Shown here piece by piece: positions 24,067-32,083 of a DNA stretch of 35,904 nt; positions within the stretch are counted from its first letter, which is position 1, and every line of letters begins with the position of its first letter. The stretch is from Spirochaetia bacterium (GTDB taxonomy: Bacteria; Spirochaetota; Spirochaetia; SZUA-6; Fen-1364). Below the pieces are notes generated by a model. That model saw nothing but the letters and a program-made list of their open reading frames with translations, had not been told where the DNA came from and did no database searches. The DNA lies in the NCBI GenBank assembly GCA_049514475.1, contig JBEKVA010000002.1:1-35904 (forward strand). The letters are read 5' to 3'. The position numbers were made by a program, and so were the translations under genes.

Positions 24067-24963
24067 ATGGATCCCCGCGGCACGTACGCCGTCGGCCTCG
24101 TGCAGACGGCCCCCTCCCCCGATCCCGTGGCGAACCTCCAGCAGGCCGTGCACCTCGTCGAGGAGGCGGCCCGCGGCGGCGCGGCCGTGGTGTGCCTGCC
24201 GGAGCTCTTTCGCTCGCGGTACTTCTGCCAGAGTGAGGACATCGGGGCCTTTGACCTGGCGGAGAGCATTCCCGGGCCTTCCACCGAGGCCCTCGGCAAG
24301 GTGGCGCGGGCCAGGAAGCTGACGGTGATCGCCCCCCTCTTCGAACGGCGCGCCGCCGGGCTGTACCACAACAGCGCCGCGGTGATCGGCGCGGGCGGGG
24401 AGCTCATCGGGGTGTACCGCAAGATGCATGTACCCGATGACCCCGGTTTCTACGAGAAGTACTATTTCACCCCGGGGGACCTCGGTTTCCAGGCCTTCGA
24501 CACCCCGGCGGGACGCATCGGCACCCTCATCTGCTGGGACCAGTGGTACCCCGAGGCCGCGCGGCTCACCGCGCTGCGCGGGGCGGGCATCCTCTTCTAC
24601 CCCACCGCCATCGGGTGGCACCCCCGGGAGAAGGAGCAGTACGGCGCCGCGCAGCGTGACGCGTGGATGACCATCCAGCGGGCCCACGCCATCGCCAACG
24701 GCGTGTTTGTTGCCGCGGTCAACCGCGTCGGGCTGGAGACGCCGCCCGCCGGCGGCCCCGGGATCGAGTTCTGGGGCGGCACGTTCCTCGCTGACCCTTT
24801 TGGTGTGGTCATCGCGGCGGCGCAATCCGACGCGCAGCAGATCGTCTACGGAGAGGTCGACCCCGCGCGGATCGAAGAGGTGCGGCGCAACTGGCCCTTC
24901 ATGAGGGATCGGCGCATCGATGCCTACCAGGGCCTGGACAAGAGGTTCCTCGAAGACACATGA
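24067..24963 (+). CDS. aguB: N-carbamoylputrescine amidohydrolase (carbon-nitrogen hydrolase/nitrilase superfamily)
   Basis: Motifs: ...VVCLPELF (Glu), ...VYRKMHVPDDPGFYEKYYFTPGD (Lys), ...IGTLICWDQWYPEAAR (Cys), ...FYPTAIGW.... ATGA overlap with aguA. The start is ATG 24067 (MDPRGTYAVGLVQ); GTG 24016 is an alternative. Confidence 0.88.
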   Translation: MDPRGTYAVGLVQTAPSPDPVANLQQAVHLVEEAARGGAAVVCLPELFRSRYFCQSEDIGAFDLAESIPGPSTEALGKVARARKLTVIAPLFERRAAGLYHNSAAVIGAGGELIGVYRKMHVPDDPGFYEKYYFTPGDLGFQAFDTPAGRIGTLICWDQWYPEAARLTALRGAGILFYPTAIGWHPREKEQYGAAQRDAWMTIQRAHAIANGVFVAAVNRVGLETPPAGGPGIEFWGGTFLADPFGVVIAAAQSDAQQIVYGEVDPARIEEVRRNWPFMRDRRIDAYQGLDKRFLEDT

Positions 24964-26054
24964 GCGGTCCCAGCGCGCGCGAAGCGCCCGGGCAGCTGCG
25001 CATGCCGGCGGAGTGGGAGCCCCATGCGGCCACCTGGATCGCCTGGCCTCACAATCTCAGCGACTGGCCGGGGAAGTTCGCCCCCGTGCCCTGGGTCTAT
25101 GGGGAAATCGCGCGCAAGATCTGCCCCGGGGAGAAGGTGCGCATCCTGGTGGACACGGAGGCTGCTGAAGGCCGCGCACGGCGCATACTGGCGCGGGCCG
25201 GCGCCGCCATGGAGCAGATCGAGTTCCATCGCATCCCGACAGATCGCGTGTGGACCCGTGACTACGGCCCCCTGTTCATCCGCAGGGAATCCCTCCCGCA
25301 AGAGCTCGCCGTAGCAGGGTTCGCCTTCAACGCCTGGGCAAAATACCCGGATTTCCATCACGATGCGAAGGTTGCGCAGAGAATCGCGAAAGCCAGCGGC
25401 CGCAGACTGGTCCCCGCGCAGTTCAACGGCAGGACCGTGGTGCTCGAGGGCGGCAGCATAGACGTGAACGGCCGCGGGAGCCTCCTGACAACGGAGGAGT
25501 GCCTCCTCGACGCGGTGGTGCAGGCGCGAAACCCCGGCCTCGGGCGGCGGGAGATCGAGGGGGTGCTGCGGGAGATGCTGGACGCTCGTAATGTCCTCTG
25601 GCTGGGGAAAGGGATCAGCGGCGATGACACGCACGGGCACGTCGATGACCTCTGCAGGTTCGTCGGCCCGCGCACCGTCGTGCTCTGCAGGGAGACGGAC
25701 CCCGAAGACGCCAACTACCGCCCGCTGGAGGAGAACCGCGAGCGCCTCGAAGGCTTTCACCTGGAGGACGGCGGGCGTTTGGAGGCGGTACCCCTCCCCC
25801 TGCCCGCCCCGCTGTTCTTTGAAGGCCGCCGCCTGCCGGCGAGCTACGCCAACTTCTACATCGCCAATCGCGTCGTCCTTGTGCCGACGTTCAACGATCC
25901 GAACGACCGTGTGGCGCTGGGGGTGCTCTCCGAATGTTTCCCCGGGCGCCGCGTCATCGGCATCCACGCGGTGGACCTCGTCTGGGGCCTGGGAACGCTG
26001 CACTGCCTCACCCAGCAGGAGCCCGACGAAGAGGCGTCCCGGCCCTCCGCGTGA
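24960..26054 (+). CDS. aguA: Agmatine deiminase
   Basis: Motifs: ...RMPAEWEPHAATWIAWPH..., ...VWTRDYGP..., ...EGGSIDVNG.GSLLTTEECLL...RNP..., ...GDDTHGHVDD..., ...ASYANFYIAN..., and the catalytic-Cys motif GTLHCLTQQ. Confidence 0.92.
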   Translation: MSGPSAREAPGQLRMPAEWEPHAATWIAWPHNLSDWPGKFAPVPWVYGEIARKICPGEKVRILVDTEAAEGRARRILARAGAAMEQIEFHRIPTDRVWTRDYGPLFIRRESLPQELAVAGFAFNAWAKYPDFHHDAKVAQRIAKASGRRLVPAQFNGRTVVLEGGSIDVNGRGSLLTTEECLLDAVVQARNPGLGRREIEGVLREMLDARNVLWLGKGISGDDTHGHVDDLCRFVGPRTVVLCRETDPEDANYRPLEENRERLEGFHLEDGGRLEAVPLPLPAPLFFEGRRLPASYANFYIANRVVLVPTFNDPNDRVALGVLSECFPGRRVIGIHAVDLVWGLGTLHCLTQQEPDEEASRPSA

Positions 26055-26115
26055 AAGATTCCCCTTGCTCGCGCGCGGAGGCGCTCAGTATCCTGTTAGA
26101 AGTGAGGTAGCAGGA

Positions 26116-27000
26116 GTGTCTTTACTGCGGCTCTATGTTCTCGGCGCCCTGGCCGGGCTGACGATATTTCTCGGATTGCCGATCGCTGCCTTCTCCCGCC
26201 TGAAGCCCGAAGCCCGCGGGGTGATGAACGGTCTTGCCACGGGCATCCTGATTTTCCTGACCATCGACATCCTCAGCAACGTGCTGGACAGCGGGGAACA
26301 GGTCATCAAGTACTGGGCGGACGGCCAGGCGGTGACGTTTGCAGGGGTTCTCACCCTCGTCCTTCTCGTCCTCGGGGTGTTCGCCGGTCTCATCGGCATC
26401 CCGCTCATCGAGAAGCGCTTCATCAAGCCTGCCATGCAGCGCGGTCTCCCCCGCCGCGCCGCTGCCATCGATACCAGCGCTGCTGCCGGCGGCACGCGGG
26501 CCCCCGCCGCCCCTGCCGCCGGCAAGGCGGTTGACACCCCGACCACCCCGCCCGCGGTGCTCTCGCTCTCCATCGCTGCCGGCATCGGGCTGCACAACCT
26601 GGGGGAAGGGCTGGCCATCGGCCAGTCGGCGGCTAGCGGCGCCGTCTCCCTCGCGCTGGTGCTGGTCATCGGGTTCGGGCTGCACAACATGACGGAGGGC
26701 TTCGGCATTGCGGCCCCGCTGGCGGGCATGCGGCCGTCGCTGCGCTTCCTCCTGCTCGCCGGGCTCATCGGCGGCGGCCCGACATTCATCGGGACCATCA
26801 TCGGGGCAAGCTGGAGCTCCCCTGTTGCCACCACGCTCTTCCTCTCGATTGCCGGCGGATCTCTGATCTATGTCTCCGCCGATCTGCTCATCCTCGGCCG
26901 CCGCTCCCTAGCCCGGCTGCCCCTCATGATCTCCGTTGCCGCGGGCTTCTTCATCGGGTACTTCACCGAGCTGCTGGCAGCGCTCTCCATTGGCAGCTGA
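26116..27000 (+). CDS. ZIP family divalent-metal transporter (ZupT-like)
   Basis: Start proposed at the GTG at 26116 (VSLLRLYVLGALAG...), with GAGG 8 nt upstream. Two signature helices: GLHNLGEGLAIG and GLHNMTEGFGIA. The ORF-track extension back to 25591 overlaps aguA out of frame. Confidence 0.85.
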   Translation: MSLLRLYVLGALAGLTIFLGLPIAAFSRLKPEARGVMNGLATGILIFLTIDILSNVLDSGEQVIKYWADGQAVTFAGVLTLVLLVLGVFAGLIGIPLIEKRFIKPAMQRGLPRRAAAIDTSAAAGGTRAPAAPAAGKAVDTPTTPPAVLSLSIAAGIGLHNLGEGLAIGQSAASGAVSLALVLVIGFGLHNMTEGFGIAAPLAGMRPSLRFLLLAGLIGGGPTFIGTIIGASWSSPVATTLFLSIAGGSLIYVSADLLILGRRSLARLPLMISVAAGFFIGYFTELLAALSIGS

Positions 27001-27083
27001 CCCCTTTCCTGCCCGATTCACCCCGTGGAGCCGCGCGGGCATCGGCAGCTGACCCGATCCTCGTGATCTCCCCGGCACTCTTC

Positions 27084-27092
27084 TGCTATAGT
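27084..27092 (+). promoter_or_regulatory. Possible extended -10 promoter element upstream of the histidine kinase gene
   Basis: TGcTATAGT at 27084-27092. The only -35 candidate (gtgatc at 27063-27068) is poor. Confidence 0.3.
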
Positions 27093-27117
27093 AAGCGGCT
27101 CGGGGAGGACCAGCCAC

Positions 27118-29307
27118 ATGGAGAGGGCCTGCAGGGGAAAGAACCGGCGTTCCGCGCTGCGCATTGTTGGAATCTACGCCGCGTTCGCCGCGGTCTGGAT
27201 CTACTTTTCAGACAACGCCCTGACCTGGCTCTCCATGGAGCCCTCCGTGATGGTCCGCATCTCCGTCCTGAAAGGCTTTCTCTACATCCTGGTCACCGCC
27301 GTACTCCTCTACCAGCTCATCTCGCGGAGGATCTCCCAGTCCCTTCGGGAGGAGGCCGCAGCGAGCCGCAGCGAGGCGCGCTACCGCGCCCTCTTCAATG
27401 GCATCAACGACGCGGTTTTCGTCCACGGCCTCACGGCGGAGGGGCTGCCAGGCAGAATCTTCGAGGTCAACGACATCGCCTGTAATCGCCTTGGTTTCAG
27501 CCGCGAGGATCTCCTGTCCATGAGCCCGGGAGACCTCGATGCCCCCGAGACGACGGCAGCGGTGCCGTCCATGATGCAGCGCCTGCGCGCGGAGGGACAC
27601 GCGCTGTGGGAAGGGATCCACGTCGCGCGGGATGGGCGGCGCATCCCGGTGGAAATCAGCAACCACCTCGTCGAGCTGGAGGGAGAGGAAGTAATCCTTT
27701 CCACCGTCAGGGACATCACGGCACGGCGGGAGCTGGAGGACACTCTTTCCCGGGGGAGGATGATGCTCCAGACCCTCATCGACAACCTTCCGGACTTCGT
27801 GTCGGTGAAGGACTCTGAGAGCCGCATCCTCATCGCCAACACGGCCAACGCCCGCGCCCTGGGCAGGGAAACGGCCGGCGCCGTCATCGGGGGAACCGAC
27901 TTCGATTTCTTTCCGGCGGAGGAGGCGGCGCGCTACCGTGCCGATGAGAAGGCCGTCATCGAGACGGGTGAGCCGCTGATCAACAAGGAGGAGGAATCCT
28001 CGGATTGGCAGGGCGGACGCCGCTGGACGCTGACCACCAAGGTGCCGCTGCGGGACGCGCGGGGGAAGATCGTCGGCGTCGTGTGCACCGGCCGCGATAT
28101 CACGGGTATCCGTGCCGCGGAGGAGGCGCTCCGCAAGAGCGAGGAAAGGCTCATCCAGGCGCAGAAGATGGAGGCCATCGGGCGACTCGCGGGAGGCATC
28201 GCCCATGACTTCAACAACCTGCTGACCGTCATCAGCGGCTACGCCGCCGTGATAGACCAGGGCCTGCCCATGTCGCACGAGATGAAGACCGATGTCCGGG
28301 AGATCAGGCGCGCTTCCGCCCGGGCGGCAGAGCTGACGGCACAGCTGCTCGCCTTCAGCAGGCGCCAGGACCTGCAGACGCGGGTCCTCGGGCCGCGTGC
28401 GGCGGTCGCGGGACTGGAGAACATGCTCCAGCGCATCATCGGCGAGGATATCGCCCTCAGCCTCCGCCTGGACCCGGAAACGGGCAACGTGCGGGCGGAC
28501 CCCGGAAAGATCGCACAGGTCATCATGAACCTTGCGGTCAATTCGCGTGACGCCATGCCTTCCGGCGGCAGCCTCACCATTGAGACGGGCAACCTCAGCG
28601 TCGGGGAGGGCCGCGAGCACGGTGAAGAAGTTACTCCTGGCGACTACGTGGTGCTCACCGTGACCGACACCGGCGTCGGCATGGACGCCGCAACCTTCTC
28701 ACGGCTTTTTGAGCCGTTTTTCACCACCAAGGAATCGGGAAAAGGCACCGGCCTCGGTCTTGCCACCGTGTATGGAATCGTGAAGCAGAGCGGCGGGTTC
28801 ATCTCCTGCCGCAGCTCTCCCGGCGCCGGGGCCGCCTTTACCATCCTTCTTCCGCGTGTCTACCAGGACGCCGAAGAGGTTGCCGCCACTCCCACGGCCC
28901 CCGTAGAGAAGCGGGGAACTGAGACGATCCTCCTGGTTGAGGACGAGGAGGCACTTCGCGCATTCAGCAGGTCGGTCCTCGTGAAGAACGGCTATGTGGT
29001 TATAGAGGCGGCCGACGGCGAGGAGGCGATGGGAATAGTGGCCGCGCCGGGCATCGAGATCCACCTGCTTCTGACGGACGTGGTCATGCCCCGGATGGGC
29101 GGACCCGAGCTGGTGAAGAAGGCCCTGTCCAGCCGCCCTTCCCTGAAGGTGCTCTGTATGTCGGGCTACGCGGAATGCTCTCCCCTGCTCCCCGGCCTGG
29201 AGGAGATGGGCATCCGGCTGCTCCAGAAGCCCTTCGACGCCGGCACGCTGCTGTCGGAGATCAGAAAAGTCCTCGGCGCGGCCGGCTGGCCCATTAAGGA
29301 AGTTTAA
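27118..29307 (+). CDS. Hybrid sensor histidine kinase (N-terminal TM region, two PAS domains, HisKA, HATPase_c, C-terminal receiver)
   Basis: H-box [18 protein letters not shown]-box [11 protein letters not shown]-boxes DTGVGM and GTGLGLATV. Receiver motifs ILLVEDEE...[13 protein letters not shown]...VLCMSGY. GGAGGA lies 9 nt upstream of the ATG. Confidence 0.92.
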   Translation: MERACRGKNRRSALRIVGIYAAFAAVWIYFSDNALTWLSMEPSVMVRISVLKGFLYILVTAVLLYQLISRRISQSLREEAAASRSEARYRALFNGINDAVFVHGLTAEGLPGRIFEVNDIACNRLGFSREDLLSMSPGDLDAPETTAAVPSMMQRLRAEGHALWEGIHVARDGRRIPVEISNHLVELEGEEVILSTVRDITARRELEDTLSRGRMMLQTLIDNLPDFVSVKDSESRILIANTANARALGRETAGAVIGGTDFDFFPAEEAARYRADEKAVIETGEPLINKEEESSDWQGGRRWTLTTKVPLRDARGKIVGVVCTGRDITGIRAAEEALRKSEERLIQAQKMEAIGRLAGGIAHDFNNLLTVISGYAAVIDQGLPMSHEMKTDVREIRRASARAAELTAQLLAFSRRQDLQTRVLGPRAAVAGLENMLQRIIGEDIALSLRLDPETGNVRADPGKIAQVIMNLAVNSRDAMPSGGSLTIETGNLSVGEGREHGEEVTPGDYVVLTVTDTGVGMDAATFSRLFEPFFTTKESGKGTGLGLATVYGIVKQSGGFISCRSSPGAGAAFTILLPRVYQDAEEVAATPTAPVEKRGTETILLVEDEEALRAFSRSVLVKNGYVVIEAADGEEAMGIVAAPGIEIHLLLTDVVMPRMGGPELVKKALSSRPSLKVLCMSGYAECSPLLPGLEEMGIRLLQKPFDAGTLLSEIRKVLGAAGWPIKEV

Positions 29308-29367
29308 CACTGCCGTAACGCGCCCGGAAATCCAACGCCGTACATTCTCGATCGGAGGCCAGAAAAA

Positions 29368-30792
29368 ATGAAACGCAGAATAACGTCCTTCGCCCTCGCG
29401 GCAGCAGCGGCCGCTCTCCTTCTCCTCGGGTCCCCGGCGTTCGGCCAGTCGGAGGACCCCGCGGTCGCGCAACAGTCCGCCGCAGCCCTCCAGGCCGCGC
29501 AGCTTTCCCTCCGCGAAGTCGCGAAGAAGGTCCTTCCCATTGTCGTGGAAGTCGACGTCACGCAGGTTGCCGCGCGGAAGACTCCCCAGGGGGACCTCCT
29601 TCCGGGAGAGACGCAGCCGGGCTTCCGCCGCGCGGGCCTTGGATCGGGCATCATCGTGCAGAGATCGGGAGACCGCTACTACGTGCTCACCAACAATCAC
29701 GTGGTGAGCGGCGCCACGGATGTCAGCGTCAGGCTCGAGGACCGCACGGTACTGAAGGCTGCCACCGTGGGAACCGATCCGCGCAAGGACCTCGCGCTGG
29801 TCTCCTTCCAGAGCAGCGCGGAGCTTCCCGTGGCCGAGCTGGGTGATTCGGATGCCCTCCAGGTGGGAGACCTCGTGCTGGCGGTGGGCAATCCCTTCGG
29901 ATTTGCCTCCACCGTCACCATGGGCATCGTGAGCGCCCTGGGCCGTCACGGCCCGCAGGGTGACGCGGCGACCTACACCGACTACATCCAGACCGATGCC
30001 GCGATCAACCAGGGCAATTCCGGCGGCGCCCTCGTGAACATCGGCGGGCAGGTGGTCGGCATCAACACCTGGATCGCTGCGCCTACGGGCGGCAGCATTG
30101 GACTGGGGTTCGCCATTCCGATCAATAATGCCCGCCAGGCGGTCAAGGACATCATCACGCAGGGGAAGGTGGAGTATGGATGGCTGGGCGCCGACATCTC
30201 TGAAATCCAGGGAAACAATGCGTACGCGCCGCTCTCCCGGGACCTGAAGATAACCGGCGTTCCGGGGGCCCTGCTCTTCGACATTTTCAAAGGCTCTCCG
30301 GCTGACACGGCGGGACTGCTGCCCGGTGATTACGTGACGCGCATCGACAACCAGCAGACAAAGGACGCCAATGCGCTTACGCAGGCGGTGGGGCGCCTGG
30401 CGGCCGGCAGGACCTACACCTTCTCCTTCATCCGCTACGGGCAGGCCATGACGCTGCCGGTGAAAATCGGGGCACGTGACAGCGGGGACACGGTGGCCCA
30501 GAGCCGAATGCTCTGGCCCGGCATGACGGTGGTACCCGTCGACGAGCAGGTCATCCAGGCCCTCAGCCTGCCCCGCGGCACAGGCGGTGTCGTCGTGGGG
30601 TCGGTGACCGGCAACGGCGCCCCCGCCTCAGCCGCGGGACTCAGGCGGGGAGACATCATCAGCGCCATGAACGGCAGGCAGGTGAAGAGCCTCATGGACT
30701 ATTTCAGGGCATTGAACGATACGACGAAGGGAACCGTGGTGTTTCAGGTCACGCGCGGCGGAGCACAGATGAGCGTGAAGCTCGAGAGATAG
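29368..30792 (+). CDS. Do/HtrA/DegP family periplasmic serine protease with two PDZ domains
   Basis: Signal peptide (MKRRITSFALAAAAAALLLLGSPAFGQS). Catalytic triad contexts TNNHVV, DLALV and GNSGGALVN. Two PDZ-like regions follow (...GSPADTAGLLPGDYV... and ...GAPASAAGLRRGDII...). Confidence 0.92.
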   Translation: MKRRITSFALAAAAAALLLLGSPAFGQSEDPAVAQQSAAALQAAQLSLREVAKKVLPIVVEVDVTQVAARKTPQGDLLPGETQPGFRRAGLGSGIIVQRSGDRYYVLTNNHVVSGATDVSVRLEDRTVLKAATVGTDPRKDLALVSFQSSAELPVAELGDSDALQVGDLVLAVGNPFGFASTVTMGIVSALGRHGPQGDAATYTDYIQTDAAINQGNSGGALVNIGGQVVGINTWIAAPTGGSIGLGFAIPINNARQAVKDIITQGKVEYGWLGADISEIQGNNAYAPLSRDLKITGVPGALLFDIFKGSPADTAGLLPGDYVTRIDNQQTKDANALTQAVGRLAAGRTYTFSFIRYGQAMTLPVKIGARDSGDTVAQSRMLWPGMTVVPVDEQVIQALSLPRGTGGVVVGSVTGNGAPASAAGLRRGDIISAMNGRQVKSLMDYFRALNDTTKGTVVFQVTRGGAQMSVKLER

Positions 30793-30842
30793 GAGGAAGG
30801 GGCGCGGGAGGAAGACGAGGGGCGCGGTCGCCGCGGGGAGAC

Positions 30843-31121
30843 TCAGGCATCCTGCTGCTCGAGCAGGCCCGCGGCGATCCCCTTTTCCACGAGGGCTGCC
30901 CAGGTGATCCTGATGGGCCCTCCACGGACACCCACGCGCGCCCGGGTTTCCAGGATGCCGGCCTTGTAGACGCTCTCGGTGATCTGCTGCACGGCGCTGT
31001 CCGGGTAGTCCTCGGGAACCCCGAGGACCTCGAGCACGGCATGCTCCATCGAGGTGGCAAGGCCGAGGCCGCCATCAGGAATTGTAGTAAAGTAGAGTGT
31101 ACGGGTCACCGGATTTCTCAC
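30843..31121 (-). CDS. Hypothetical small soluble protein (88-92 aa)
   Basis: The ORF has protein-like composition but I recognise no family. The start is GTG 31121, or in-frame GTG 31109 preceded by AAGGTGA. A near-consensus promoter lies upstream (see 31234-31262). Confidence 0.5.
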   Translation of the reverse strand: MRNPVTRTLYFTTIPDGGLGLATSMEHAVLEVLGVPEDYPDSAVQQITESVYKAGILETRARVGVRGGPIRITWAALVEKGIAAGLLEQQDA

Positions 31122-31233
31122 CTTTCATGCGCCGGCGGGCTCTCGATTCCCGGGGTTATCTCCCCCACGCCGCCGGAATGTTATCGATGGTTCCCATCGC
31201 TCATTATCTCTGTCGTTCGGGATCCTCAGGCCC

Positions 31234-31262
31234 ATTATAAACGTCTCTTGCCTTTGCGGCAA
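31234..31262 (-). promoter_or_regulatory. Sigma70-like promoter for the small orphan gene
   Basis: On the minus strand: -35 TTGCCG (31262-31257), a 17-bp spacer, and a perfect -10 TATAAT (31239-31234). This implies a leader of about 105-120 nt. Confidence 0.5.
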
Positions 31263-31402
31263 GTGCGGCGCGGATGCATGCGCCCGCTGCACCCGGGACC
31301 CGCGCCCGGCACAGACCCGCCGCTCGAAGGAGGATCGGCGCGTAACCTTTCCCGGTTTTGATTGTTTGCCTAATGACTCTTCATAGAACCACCTTCTTCA
31401 GG

Positions 31403-31439
31403 GCCCCGTACGCCCGGCTACACGTACGGGGCTTTTTTT
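31403..31439 (+). terminator. Rho-independent terminator with no annotated + strand gene upstream
   Basis: gccccgtacg-(10-nt loop)-cgtacggggc forms a perfect 10-bp stem (31403-31412 / 31423-31432). T7 follows immediately (31433-31439). Confidence 0.8.
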
Positions 31440-31445
31440 CTCTCC

Positions 31446-31473
31446 TTGACCGGGCCCCGCTTTCCTATAGAAT
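31446..31473 (+). promoter_or_regulatory. Sigma70-like promoter for the XRE-cupin / acyl-CoA synthetase pair
   Basis: -35 TTGACC (31446-31451), a 16-bp spacer, and -10 TAGAAT (31468-31473). GGAGG lies 6 nt before the ATG at 31510. Confidence 0.5.
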
Positions 31474-31509
31474 GACTGCGATTTCCCTTGAAGGAACCTG
31501 GAGGCCGGC

Positions 31510-32064
31510 ATGAACGAGCAGATCAGGCAGATCGCGGAGAGAATCCGCGGGCTGCGTGACATTGCGCAGCTTTCCGTCGAGACCTGCGCTCAGGAACTGG
31601 GCATTGCGGCGGATACCTACCGCCGCTACGAGAGCGGGGAAACCGACATCCCCGCGAGCTTCCTCTACCAGGTGGCGGGCAAGTTCCACGTGGACCTCAC
31701 CTCCCTGATGACAGGGGAGGAGCCGCGCCTGCACGTGTACTCGGTCACCCGGGCGGGAAAGGGCGTCAAGGTGGACCGTCGGCGTGATTACGGGTACCAG
31801 AGCCTCGCCTTCAATTTCGTCGACAGGCGGATGGAGCCGTTTGTCATCACCGTTGAGCCGCGGCCCGAGAGCGAGCCGATCCCCCTGAACGCGCATCCCG
31901 GCCAGGAGTTCAACTACATCCTGGAGGGGACCCTGAAAGTGCTCATCGAGGGGCACGAGATACTCCTCTCCCCGGGGGACTCCATCTATTTCGACGCACG
32001 TCACGGCCACGGAATGCGCGCCATTGGCGCCGCGCCGGTCCGTTTCCTTGCCGTCATACTCTAG
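31510..32064 (+). CDS. XRE family transcriptional regulator with a C-terminal cupin domain
   Basis: N-terminal HTH ([41 protein letters not shown]). Cupin motifs: [14 protein letters not shown]...[16 protein letters not shown]. Confidence 0.9.
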   Translation: MNEQIRQIAERIRGLRDIAQLSVETCAQELGIAADTYRRYESGETDIPASFLYQVAGKFHVDLTSLMTGEEPRLHVYSVTRAGKGVKVDRRRDYGYQSLAFNFVDRRMEPFVITVEPRPESEPIPLNAHPGQEFNYILEGTLKVLIEGHEILLSPGDSIYFDARHGHGMRAIGAAPVRFLAVIL

Positions 32065-32083
32065 AAAGAGAGGTCAGGGCACG

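Noticed and set aside
31122-31227. A GCGATGG...CCATCGATAAC segment in the small gene's leader resembled the start of a fluoride (crcB) riboswitch.
   Set aside because: The rest of the consensus is absent: there is no second helix, pseudoknot partner or GCUGAUGA-like segment. The downstream gene is also not a fluoride-related function.
31373-31513. A 46-codon upstream ORF (MTLHRTTFFRAPYARLHVRGFFSLL...) whose TGA overlaps the XRE start codon (ATGA).
   Set aside because: It has no Shine-Dalgarno. It reads straight through the terminator hairpin and the T-run (which gives the FFS residues) and through the predicted promoter. The overlap is most simply coincidental.
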